Position numbers and translations under genes: made by a program. A stretch of 64,000 nt of DNA from Cyanophyceae cyanobacterium. Lineage in GTDB: Bacteria; Cyanobacteriota; Cyanobacteriia; Cyanobacteriales; JBHJGN01. The notes below the pieces were generated by a model. That model saw only the letters and a list, made by a program, of their open reading frames with translations. It ran no database searches and was not told where the DNA came from. The DNA lies in the NCBI GenBank assembly GCA_050331735.1, contig JBHJGN010000023.1, forward strand, positions 96,001 to 160,000, in the 5' to 3' direction. Positions within the stretch are counted from its first letter, which is position 1. Each line of letters starts with the position of its first letter. Shown here piece by piece: positions 28,697 through 37,372 of this stretch.

Positions 28697-29668
28697 CTAC
28701 ACAGAGGCAACAGGAGTGGCAGAATCAGCGGGTTGATAGCTCATTCCACGCGCAAACGTTTGAGTATTGCCTGCTTTAGCTTCCAGCAATCGCTTAATGT
28801 TCATGCTTTCAGCACCGAAGTCGTGGATTTGCAGCTTGCCGCGACGGAGAGGGTTCTGAGTGGGCCAGAAGGTAATTCGGTGCTGGATGAACCCCTGAGC
28901 GCTCGGGTCGCCAAAGGCGTAGGAGCAGGGAATAATGACTGTTGGACAGCGCTGCATGAAGTCATCGTTGGGGTAGTAAAAACTCTGTTCGACGATGTAG
29001 AAATTGTTAAGGTCGTGGGCTTGAAGACTCACCTCAACTTGTTGGTTATATTCATCGAGGAAATTCCCGGACTCTGTACCAACTTCGCCGTCAGCGCGGA
29101 GTAGGTGCGCCCAATCATCCATGTTGCGGAGATCTTTGAGGAATTCAAACCCAAGCTCCCCGGGGGCATCGACGTAAATCGTATCGGCATCGATCCGATA
29201 GCGTCCCTGCGCCGCTGCCGTTGTCCCGGCGTTGCGTTCTAAAATAGCTTTCAACGAGCGGCATTCGGAGGTATGAACCGTTTCAATTCCCTGCATAATC
29301 ATCGGCGTTCTTCGTTTTGGATCGACGAAGCTCAGCCAGTGAAAGTACACGCCTTGCTCGTCTGTGCCGGGTTCAATATATTCAGGAGGAAATAGGAAAA
29401 CCGGATAAACCTGAAAATATTTCTGATACTCAAATCCGCAGTGCCATTCGATCCCGCGAAAAGAGTGAGTGGCAAATTTTTTGACGTGATAGTAGAGATT
29501 GTGCTGATATCCAGACGCAGTTCCTAGCCAAGTGTTATCATCGATTTGTTCGATCATCCGGCTGTAAAGGGTCCAGTCGTCTAGATTTTCTAGAGCGTAG
29601 ATGTAATCGAAAGCCGTTTCTGGAGAGCTGGCTATGTAGGCAGATGTGGCAAAGGTATTTTCTTCCAT
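28697..29668 (-). CDS. scyC: Scytonemin biosynthesis cyclase/decarboxylase
   Basis: FATSAYI..SPETAF.Y...L.NLD.WTLYSRM, GIEWHCG, HTSECRSLK, DFGAESMNIKR; directly after scyB. Confidence 0.92.
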   Translation of the reverse strand: MEENTFATSAYIASSPETAFDYIYALENLDDWTLYSRMIEQIDDNTWLGTASGYQHNLYYHVKKFATHSFRGIEWHCGFEYQKYFQVYPVFLFPPEYIEPGTDEQGVYFHWLSFVDPKRRTPMIMQGIETVHTSECRSLKAILERNAGTTAAAQGRYRIDADTIYVDAPGELGFEFLKDLRNMDDWAHLLRADGEVGTESGNFLDEYNQQVEVSLQAHDLNNFYIVEQSFYYPNDDFMQRCPTVIIPCSYAFGDPSAQGFIQHRITFWPTQNPLRRGKLQIHDFGAESMNIKRLLEAKAGNTQTFARGMSYQPADSATPVASV

Positions 29669-29670
29669 AT

Positions 29671-30723
29671 TTACGATTCCTTCAGTTTCTGTTTGGCTTT
29701 CGCAATGCGTTCCTCAGCAAGTGCTTGAGCCGCTTCAAAGTTACTAATTCCCCGGCTTTCAGCCAGGGTGAATATCTCCAGTAACGTGTTGTAAATCCCG
29801 TTGAGCTGCACAAACGCCTTGGCTTCGTCGTAGCCAATCATTTCGTTGTAGACGTTGATTAAGCCTCCAGCGTTAATAACGTAGTCGGGGCAGTACAGAA
29901 TGCCCTTGGCTCTGAGTAAACGGCTATGAAGCTGCTCGTCTTCAAGCTGGTTGTTTGCTGCGCCAGCAACGATTTTTGCTCGTAGTTGAGGAATAGTTGA
30001 GCTGTTAAGAACGCCCCCTAATGCACAGGGAGAGAAGACATCAACATTTTGGGAAAAAATTTGTTCTGGCGCAACAATTTCCGCACCATATAATCGCTTA
30101 ACTTCCTCTGTTTTTTGCGGATTAATATCGCAAACGGTGAGTTTGGCTCCCTGGTCGTGCAGCCGCTGGCAAACGTTTTTACCAACGTTTCCTAATCCCT
30201 GAACCGCAACTCTTAATCCGTCTATGTTTTGGCGGTGGAAGCGGTATTCCACAGCCGCTTTGATGCCAAACAAAACACCCGTTGCCGTGACCGGAGCTGG
30301 CCCACCAGACGCTTCTGACATGCCGACAACGTATTTGGTTTCGTGGCAAATTTCTCGGACATCTTCAGGAGTTAAATTAACATCTTGGCCTGTCACAAAG
30401 CGACCGTTTAATCGATTAATAAATCGGCCATAGGCTCTCAAAAGCTCGCTGGTTTTCTCCTTGGGATCAGCTATGATCACTGCTTTGCCCCCACCAACTG
30501 GAATATTGGCACAGGCAGCTTTATAGGTCATGCCTCGACTCAGACGCAGCGCGTCTCGCAAGGCATCTTCTTCACTAGCATAGGGCCAAAGACGAGTTGC
30601 TCCCATGGCTGAACCGAGTCCCGCATCATGAATAGCAATAATGGCTCTTAGATTGCAGTCTTGGTCATGGCAATAAAGAACCTGCTCGTGCCCCATATTT
30701 CTAACTGTTTCAAAAAGCTTCAC
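29671..30723 (-). CDS. scyB: Tryptophan dehydrogenase (Leu/Phe/Val dehydrogenase family)
   Basis: GTG start; LRLSRGMTYKAA, GGGKAVI, GLGNVG, GAANNQL, PDYVINAGG; lies between scyA and scyC. Confidence 0.93.
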   Translation of the reverse strand: MKLFETVRNMGHEQVLYCHDQDCNLRAIIAIHDAGLGSAMGATRLWPYASEEDALRDALRLSRGMTYKAACANIPVGGGKAVIIADPKEKTSELLRAYGRFINRLNGRFVTGQDVNLTPEDVREICHETKYVVGMSEASGGPAPVTATGVLFGIKAAVEYRFHRQNIDGLRVAVQGLGNVGKNVCQRLHDQGAKLTVCDINPQKTEEVKRLYGAEIVAPEQIFSQNVDVFSPCALGGVLNSSTIPQLRAKIVAGAANNQLEDEQLHSRLLRAKGILYCPDYVINAGGLINVYNEMIGYDEAKAFVQLNGIYNTLLEIFTLAESRGISNFEAAQALAEERIAKAKQKLKES

Positions 30724-30855
30724 GCTGTTTTCCCCTGATTAATTCTGCTTTCGGTCTGTAGACAAAATGACGACCGAATAGCAGTAAAAATAAATAGAAC
30801 AAACTAGAGTCTTTATGGGCAGGTTTAATAAGCAAAACCCTACGCTTTTAACAAA

Positions 30856-30937
30856 ATGTTATAGGAGGCAAAAGACGCTGCCAATGAACATTTTTTTGCT
30901 ACACGAATGAACATTCTTTCGGCAATGAACAATTTTC
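30856..30937 (-). promoter_or_regulatory. Internal scyB promoter with three TGTTCATT boxes
   Basis: On the - strand: AAAAAATGTTCA-TTGGCA-N17-TAACAT, with two more boxes at 30905-19 and 30923-37. Confidence 0.6.
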
Positions 30938-31034
30938 GGGTTGAGAGTTTTGTTAGTTGATTAATTTCGATTTATCTACCGATTAGCATCAGATTGCTGT
31001 TCCGTGTTGATGAATGCAGTCTATTGCTAATTTA

Positions 31035-31164
31035 GTCCCTACGGGACGGGGAAGGGGGAAAGGGAAAATTGTCCCTTTCGGGACGGGGAAAGGTTTAAGT
31101 CCCCCTTTCCCCGCGCCGCAGGCGCTTTTCCTTTTCCCGCCGTTTGGCGGCTTGGCCTGCGGCC
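31035..31164. repeat. Dispersed mini-hairpin/GGGGAAA repeat element, copy 3
   Basis: GTCCC-TAC-GGGAC, GTCCC-TTTC-GGGAC, GCGCC-GCA-GGCGC, CCGCC-GTTT-GGCGG, GGCC-TGC-GGCC; purine arm then pyrimidine arm; abuts the scyA stop. Confidence 0.88.
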
Positions 31165-32988
31165 TCAGACGAGGGGAAAAGAAACCTGCTTTTCCTCGTG
31201 ATTGTCTTGAGGAGTCGTTTTGACTCCCTGAGCGCTGAGGCTCTTATTGCGTCCTTTAGAAGGGGCAAACCGAGTCGGATCGATGAGTACGTCTACCACA
31301 ACTGGACCCGCGGCGGCGATCGCCTGCTGCAAGGCTTCCGCTAGTCCAGCTTCGGCAGTGACGCGAATGCCCTGAGCGCCCATGCCGCGAGCAATCAGAC
31401 TAAAGTCTGTCTCCGGCAGCTTGGCGTCTGCCCCCGTCATGCCGAGCATTTGCATTCCCTGGTTGCACATATTGTAGTAAGCATCGTTGAGCACAATCCA
31501 TACGGCTGGAAGCTGATACTTAACGGCGGTGCTGATTTCACCACTGTTCATCAGCATGGCTCCGTCTCCGGCGATCGCCACCGCTTTGCCGTTGCGCCCT
31601 TGGGCAGCTCCCACAACGCCCGTGACGTTATGACCCATCGAGCCAACCCCAGTGCTGACGCGGTAGCGGTTCGGCTGGGGGAACCGGAGGAAATGAGTCG
31701 CCCAGGTAAAGGAGTTCCCCGATTCTGCCAGCACTACCGCATCGCTGCCTTCCACGACCACGCGCTGAATAGCCTCCATGAGGATTTCTGGGCGCACCAA
31801 GTTGCTCTCTGCTAGGGTAATATCGTCTTTCTCGGGAGTGGGAAACGCTCCTGGTTCTGACGGAGGCAAATGATTCAGTAGTGCCTGCACAAAGACGTCG
31901 GCATCGGCGATCACAGGATAGGTTTGGGCAAACGGATAGGCGACACCAGGAACTTTCGGATCGATATCAACATGAATAAATCCTTTGGCAGGAACCATCT
32001 CATGGCTCCAAAATGAAGTCGGTTCGCCTAAACGTGTACCGATCACCAAGGTTCGGTGGGGTCGATGATCCTGAAGATACTCCAGCACCGATTCGTGACC
32101 GCCTAATCCTGTAACGCCGACAAACTGAGCATGATTTTCGGGGAAAACGCCTTTTCCGCGCGGCGAACACATCACAGCGGCTCCGGTTTTCTCGGCAAGC
32201 TGAAGAATGCTCTGAGCCGCTCCCCGCGCTCCGTAGCCGACCCAGATAGCAAACGGTCCTTCAGACAGCAGGGCGGCGACTTTAGACACCGTTTTCTGGC
32301 TAGGAACCGACAGATCTGGGGCTAAATTGACTTCCGGCACCGCCGTGGTCATCGGCGCAGACTGTACGGCAGTGGGAATGCTGATGTGAGCGACAAAAGT
32401 TCCCCTTTGGGAAACGCCTAGAGCTAATCGGCGAGCAATTTGGGGAAGCTGCTGCGGAGACTCAAGAACGGTAGCGTAGTTAAACAGGGCTCCAGAAGTA
32501 AAAATACCGCCTTGGGGAATGGTTTGCTCGCTGGTTTCTTGAATCGCCCACCGTCCGCGCTGTGGTGCAGACGTGCAGGCCGAAAAATGAATTACTTTTG
32601 CCCCTTCGTCCCGCGCTGCCATTAATCCAGTGAGCGAGTTGGTGATGCCGGGACTAGCGGTTGAAAAGGAAACCACCGGACGGTTGCTGGCAAAATGAGC
32701 TTCAGTCGCGGCAAAGGTCGCGCCGCTCTCGTGACGACAGTGCAGCACCTCAATCAGAGGGCTGTTGGATAAAGCGCCCCATAGCGTTGCCATCGCGCCA
32801 CCAGATACGCCAAAGGCTTCGCGGACTCCTAATGCTTCGAGAGCTTTTACCAGTGCCTGGGCAACGGTCAGTGAGGCGGTGCCGTTACCGTTGCTGGTAG
32901 AGGCGATCGCGTCCTGCTGGCGATTGTTGCCATCGCCATTGTGGTTCTCCACGAAGAATGATTGTTTTTGAGTCAAGTTTTCAGTCAT
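31165..32988 (-). CDS. scyA: ThDP-dependent acyloin synthase (acetolactate synthase-like)
   Basis: FGVSGG, HCRHESGA.FAA, ThDP motif GDGAMLMN...VLND; upstream of scyB and scyC. Confidence 0.93.
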   Translation of the reverse strand: MTENLTQKQSFFVENHNGDGNNRQQDAIASTSNGNGTASLTVAQALVKALEALGVREAFGVSGGAMATLWGALSNSPLIEVLHCRHESGATFAATEAHFASNRPVVSFSTASPGITNSLTGLMAARDEGAKVIHFSACTSAPQRGRWAIQETSEQTIPQGGIFTSGALFNYATVLESPQQLPQIARRLALGVSQRGTFVAHISIPTAVQSAPMTTAVPEVNLAPDLSVPSQKTVSKVAALLSEGPFAIWVGYGARGAAQSILQLAEKTGAAVMCSPRGKGVFPENHAQFVGVTGLGGHESVLEYLQDHRPHRTLVIGTRLGEPTSFWSHEMVPAKGFIHVDIDPKVPGVAYPFAQTYPVIADADVFVQALLNHLPPSEPGAFPTPEKDDITLAESNLVRPEILMEAIQRVVVEGSDAVVLAESGNSFTWATHFLRFPQPNRYRVSTGVGSMGHNVTGVVGAAQGRNGKAVAIAGDGAMLMNSGEISTAVKYQLPAVWIVLNDAYYNMCNQGMQMLGMTGADAKLPETDFSLIARGMGAQGIRVTAEAGLAEALQQAIAAAGPVVVDVLIDPTRFAPSKGRNKSLSAQGVKTTPQDNHEEKQVSFPLV

Positions 32989-33056
32989 TGCTCTTTAAAT
33001 TCAAAAATACTGAGGGTGACTACCGCCAAAGGGAATAAAAATTAGCAGAAGTTATG

Positions 33057-33096
33057 GTCAGGGTCGCATCAGCAATTAAGCAATGCGACCCGTGAC
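33057..33096. other. Intergenic stem-loop without a U-tract
   Basis: GGGTCGCAT (33061-69) pairs with ATGCGACCC (33083-91), extended by GTCA/TGAC. Confidence 0.6.
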
Positions 33097-33129
33097 TCAT
33101 GAGGCTATGTTGTTACGGTCGTAACCGAG

Positions 33130-35022
33130 TTAAGCAATGGTGTCAGGAGCACCACTGCCAATCGGTAATGGAATTCCAAATTCGCCTACTGGACCAGCAA
33201 CATTCAGATTCACTCCGCCATCTTCGGTGGTGTTAATACCCGCTCCAAAAGAGCCAATGCCAGCAGCACCACTTTGCAGCGGCGAATCGTCATCGCTAGC
33301 GGCTTCATCCGAACTCAAGAACCAGTTTCCTTCCTCATCGTTGAGGAGGTAGGCACCACCAGCAACAGGAATCGCCAGTTCGCTACCCTCTAGGAACGGA
33401 TTGGCAGCCGGAATTTCAAAGCCGTCTTCACCAGCGGGAATATTGGCTCCACCACCAACAGGGAACTGGATGCCGTCTTCACCAGCTACAGGAGCACCCG
33501 GTCCAACAGGAAGCTCCAGCTCGCCCTCTTCGCCGAAAATTGGCAGTTCAAATCCGCCAGCAAACTCTAGTTCGCCCTCGTCATTGAGAGCGGGAGCGCC
33601 ACCACCAATGGGAGGCTCAAATCCGCCCTCTTCGTTGAACAGGGGAATATTGCCGACATTCGGAATCTCTAGTTCGCCCTCGTCATTGAGAGCGGGAGCG
33701 CCACCAACGGGAGGCTCAAATCCGCCCTCTTCGTCGAGAACCGGAGCAACGCCAACAGGTAGCTCAAACTCGCCCTCTTCGTTGAGCAGAGGAACGTTGA
33801 TGCCGCCGGGAATTTCTAGAACGCCCTCATTATTGACAACGGCACTGCCAACCGGGCCGCCAACGGGAGGCTCTAATTCGCCTTCCTCGTTGAAGAGAGG
33901 AATGGCAACGTCATTGGGAAGAACAACCTGACCATCTTCGTTCAGTTCTACAGAGCCGTCACCGAAGGAGCCGTCGCCACCGAAGTCCCACACCCAAGGA
34001 GAGTCAGAAGCAGCAGGAGCGTCATCAACCGGTGTGCCGGTAGACACGGCGAGCTCTTCGTTAGAAAGTCCTTCGGGAACCTGTCCGACCGGAAAAATTC
34101 CCGCCGCAGAATCGGTGCCAGGAATATCAGAGCTGTCGGAAAGAGCGGCAGTGGGGTCAAATTCAAACGGGTTGCCGCCGAAAGGATTTCCTCCAGAAGA
34201 TAAGAGCTCTTCACTAACACCAGGAACATCAGGATTAGAAATAGAAGTGTCGTCGTCGCTTGGTTCAGCATCGTCACTGAGGAGCCACTCGCCATCCTCG
34301 CTTCTGATGATGTAGCTTTCGTCATCACCAACCACGACTTCACCGGTATCGGGAAGGCTGCCCAGACCGCCAGCGTCAGAATCAGCATCACCGCCTGGGA
34401 AAGAAACGTTAGGCTCGTCGCCCTCAACAAGAGGATTTCCTTCTGTTAGAGGATCCCAACCGGCCCAGGGGTTTTCTCCTCCGCCAGCACCGCCACCAAA
34501 GGGGCTACCGCCGCCAGAGTTGCCGCCGCCAAAGCCGCCAGCACCGCCACCGAAGGGGCTGCCACCGCCACCAAAGCCGCCAGCACCACCGCCACCGAAG
34601 GGGTTGCCACCGTCCATAGAGGGGCTACCATTGTTATTGGGGGTTTCCCCGCCTGTAGAGGAGTCCGTTCCATTTCCACCGGAGGGCTCCTCTCCGCCTG
34701 CGCCGCCCCCAAAAGGATTTTGTCCAGGAACACCGACGTTACCAAAAATATCTTCCGGACCGTCAATACCCGGTAAATCGAGTAAGCGACCAAATGGGCT
34801 GCTGCTGAGCTGGCTCATCATATCTGAACCGCCACCAGCATCGCCAAAGTCGTAATTGTAGTTGGGGTCTGTGTTGGTATTAGGAGCACCGCCCATCGGA
34901 CCACCGGAAGAGGCACCGCCGTCAGAGTTGCCGCCGCCGAAGCCACCAGCACCGCCACCGAAGGGGCTACCGCCGCCAGAGTTGCCGCCGCCGCCGAAGC
35001 CGCCCATATTTCCACCAAACAT
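33130..35022 (-). CDS. Gly/Pro/Glu-rich low-complexity repeat protein B (unknown function)
   Basis: 630 aa; RBS GAGGA before the ATG; (S/N)PFGGGAGGFGGG repeats and about ten PLFNEEGELE.P.GG-like repeats; no Lys, Cys or His. Confidence 0.8.
   Translation of the reverse strand: MFGGNMGGFGGGGNSGGGSPFGGGAGGFGGGNSDGGASSGGPMGGAPNTNTDPNYNYDFGDAGGGSDMMSQLSSSPFGRLLDLPGIDGPEDIFGNVGVPGQNPFGGGAGGEEPSGGNGTDSSTGGETPNNNGSPSMDGGNPFGGGGAGGFGGGGSPFGGGAGGFGGGNSGGGSPFGGGAGGGENPWAGWDPLTEGNPLVEGDEPNVSFPGGDADSDAGGLGSLPDTGEVVVGDDESYIIRSEDGEWLLSDDAEPSDDDTSISNPDVPGVSEELLSSGGNPFGGNPFEFDPTAALSDSSDIPGTDSAAGIFPVGQVPEGLSNEELAVSTGTPVDDAPAASDSPWVWDFGGDGSFGDGSVELNEDGQVVLPNDVAIPLFNEEGELEPPVGGPVGSAVVNNEGVLEIPGGINVPLLNEEGEFELPVGVAPVLDEEGGFEPPVGGAPALNDEGELEIPNVGNIPLFNEEGGFEPPIGGGAPALNDEGELEFAGGFELPIFGEEGELELPVGPGAPVAGEDGIQFPVGGGANIPAGEDGFEIPAANPFLEGSELAIPVAGGAYLLNDEEGNWFLSSDEAASDDDSPLQSGAAGIGSFGAGINTTEDGGVNLNVAGPVGEFGIPLPIGSGAPDTIA
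33565..33734 (-). repeat. Near-identical intragenic duplication, 102-bp offset
   Basis: ctctagttcgccctcgtcattgagagcgggagcgccacca at 33565 and 33667. Confidence 0.85.
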
Positions 35023-35156
35023 GTATGTGTCCTCTTATAGATAACGTTGTCAATTCGTTTGCCTTTGCGTCCTGCAATTAAATGGCAAACTTAATAGAAA
35101 GACTTGCGTTAACAAGCCTGAGTAGCTCACAATGTATTGCTACTGCTGAATGTGTC

Positions 35157-36728
35157 CTACGCCACTGGTAGAACATCCGGGGGAACATCTGTCGGAACTT
35201 CTCCTTCAGGGAAGATTCCTGCTGCACCACCCATAGAAGCATCGGTATCTGGTAAAGAACCTGTACCGGCACCATTCAAACTTTCGTAAACCTGGTCAAC
35301 AATCCCCTGACCTTCAGTATCGACTTCCACAGGCATCTCACCGCCGTTTAGAAGTGCGTCTGGTTCACCTTCATCAGATGCTCCAGCTACTCCGGTGAAG
35401 TCGAAGGTATAGTTAGGGTCACTGGCAGACTCGTCACTCACTAAGGTGACGCTGCCATCAGCATTAGTCTCGAAGTAGCGATCGGCGTTACCAAAGATGG
35501 TCAAATTATCGTCATCTAGGGTAAAGCGATTGCCGTTGATGCTGTTGCCGTCGCCGCTAACTCGATTGCTGTTGCCAGAAATACTGTTATCGCTACCGCT
35601 CGGACGGTTACCGTTCCCGCTCACCTGGTTGTTATCTCCGAGGCTCCAGTTCCCGTTGCCGTTGTCGATGGCGTTGTTACTGCCAAAACTCCAGTTCCCA
35701 TTGCCGGAAATGTTGTTCGTGCTACCGAAGTTCCAGTTCCCGTTGCCGTTGATGACGTTTTGGTTGCCGGTGGGATCCTCAGCGGTATCCGGCGTTTCAC
35801 CGTCGCCAACCGGAGTTGGTGTCGTGCTACCGCCCGACAATACGGGGTTGTTCCCGCCAACGTCTGCAAGCGGAGCATCGCCCTCGCCGAAACCAGACGG
35901 ATTACCGCCACTGAGAGGATTATTGTTCCCAGCAAACAAGTTATCAAAGGGAGTACCGCCCTCTTCTGCGTTCAGGTTCCAGTTTCCGTTTCCGCTGATC
36001 TGATTTCCTTCACCGAAGTTCCAGTTTCCGTTTCCACTAGCTTGGTTATCGTTGCCAAAGAACCAGTTTCCGTTTCCGTCAGCTAGATTGCCGCTGCCGG
36101 TTTCTCCCTCTGAATCCCCGAGAAAGTTGTTGCCGTTACCGTTGTCGGTGTTGCCAACACCCGTGTCGATGCTGCCGCTGAATCCACCGCCCATGCCCAT
36201 CATTGAGCCGCCGCCACCAAAAGGAGTTTCGGTGACACCTTCAGAGCCCTCACTCGGAGTATCATCTTCTTCAGTAAAAGGGCTGCCCTCGGTATTGGGG
36301 TCGTAGCCTCCTGCGAAGGGATTCGACGAGTTGTCTTCCGCATTGCCGCCAAAACTACCGAAGGGCATACCGCCACCAGCACCAGCCATGTCGCCACCGC
36401 CAGCAAAGATGTCGCCGACGTTGCCGAACTCTTCAAACTCCAGCAGTTGGTCAAAGGGAGTCCGCATCGGCAAACCGCTGTCGTGATCGTATTCATATCC
36501 CTCGGCGGGAGCTAACGGATCGCCAAGCGCCCCTCCTCCAAAGCCGCTAGCTGTTCCTCCTGCTAGCGGGTTACTCCCTCCGGCAAACGGGTTGCCGGAG
36601 GGAGAATCGTATTCATCGCTACCATCGGCACCAGCACCATCTGATAGGCTATTTACTGGAACGGTAGGCTCCCCTGAAGCAGCATCAGCAGACGTGCTTA
36701 TCGGGTTCACTGTTAGTTCTTCAGCCAT
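35157..36728 (-). CDS. Gly/Asn/Asp-rich repeat protein A with GNGNW 14-residue repeats (putative beta-roll)
   Basis: 523 aa; NPFAGG motifs; GNGNW(N/F/S)(F/L)G..N..S repeats grading into xxNx(V/I)SG heptads; no Lys or Cys. Confidence 0.8.
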   Translation of the reverse strand: MAEELTVNPISTSADAASGEPTVPVNSLSDGAGADGSDEYDSPSGNPFAGGSNPLAGGTASGFGGGALGDPLAPAEGYEYDHDSGLPMRTPFDQLLEFEEFGNVGDIFAGGGDMAGAGGGMPFGSFGGNAEDNSSNPFAGGYDPNTEGSPFTEEDDTPSEGSEGVTETPFGGGGSMMGMGGGFSGSIDTGVGNTDNGNGNNFLGDSEGETGSGNLADGNGNWFFGNDNQASGNGNWNFGEGNQISGNGNWNLNAEEGGTPFDNLFAGNNNPLSGGNPSGFGEGDAPLADVGGNNPVLSGGSTTPTPVGDGETPDTAEDPTGNQNVINGNGNWNFGSTNNISGNGNWSFGSNNAIDNGNGNWSLGDNNQVSGNGNRPSGSDNSISGNSNRVSGDGNSINGNRFTLDDDNLTIFGNADRYFETNADGSVTLVSDESASDPNYTFDFTGVAGASDEGEPDALLNGGEMPVEVDTEGQGIVDQVYESLNGAGTGSLPDTDASMGGAAGIFPEGEVPTDVPPDVLPVA

Positions 36729-36977
36729 AAATTGTTAATACCTTGTAGTTCATCAAAAACGCTGAAGCAGGTACACAACACTACCCGCGCTGAAGCCCCC
36801 ATCAACTAAAGCGCGATATCAAATAGCTAATCCTAAGTTGTTATCAAGCTGTTTAGAGCAACCATGCAGTTGCTGTGGAAACCTCAAGCTTGGGTGTGCA
36901 TAGTTGTGTTCAAGTCGCCAGTTCAATGTTTTTCGCGGGTGCAAAGTTTGAACTGCCCCAACTTTGCACTACCCAGA

Positions 36978-37019
36978 AGCTTAAGGAATTTTAAAGTCAG
37001 CAAACAATGAATAATCTTT
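36978..37019 (-). promoter_or_regulatory. Promoter of the leftward arm (repeat proteins-scyA)
   Basis: On the - strand: AAAGATTATTCA-TTGTTT-N18-TAAGCT. Confidence 0.65.
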
Positions 37020-37202
37020 TGATTGAGGTTCCTATTATTTAGCTGATGGCTAATCGAGTCGCAGTCAATGAGAAGGGTTTATGCAAAGAAATCTCGTTGG
37101 TGTTTCTCATCTTTTTGCGATACATAATTTTAATGTAGAGTGTCTCCAGAAGTAGAGAATTGCTGCCACGAGCAGAAAGCAAAAAAATAGAAAAAGCGTT
37201 CT

Positions 37203-37244
37203 AAAGATTGTTCATTGAAACGAAGCTTAAACAATTATTAAGCT
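37203..37244 (+). promoter_or_regulatory. Promoter of the rightward arm (trpE)
   Basis: AAAGATTGTTCA-TTGAAA-N18-TAAGCT. Confidence 0.65.
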
Positions 37245-37372
37245 TACTCGTACCTGCCATAAATTGTTGGCTGCTCTGTCTGTATCCGAGGTTTTTAATA
37301 CTAATTGATGGAGTCAAATTTTGTAAAGAGGCGATCGCACCCCCAATCACTGAACGCAGCACAGGAGACTGA

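Noticed and set aside
33137..36306. Pro/Ser-rich ORFs on the + strand
   Set aside because: They are antisense shadows of the Gly-rich genes; the - strand frames are far longer and protein B has a clear RBS.
33130..36728. RiPP precursors or RTX proteins
   Set aside because: No modifying enzyme or peptidase-transporter lies nearby, there is no leader/core layout, and there is no GGxGxDxL nonapeptide array.
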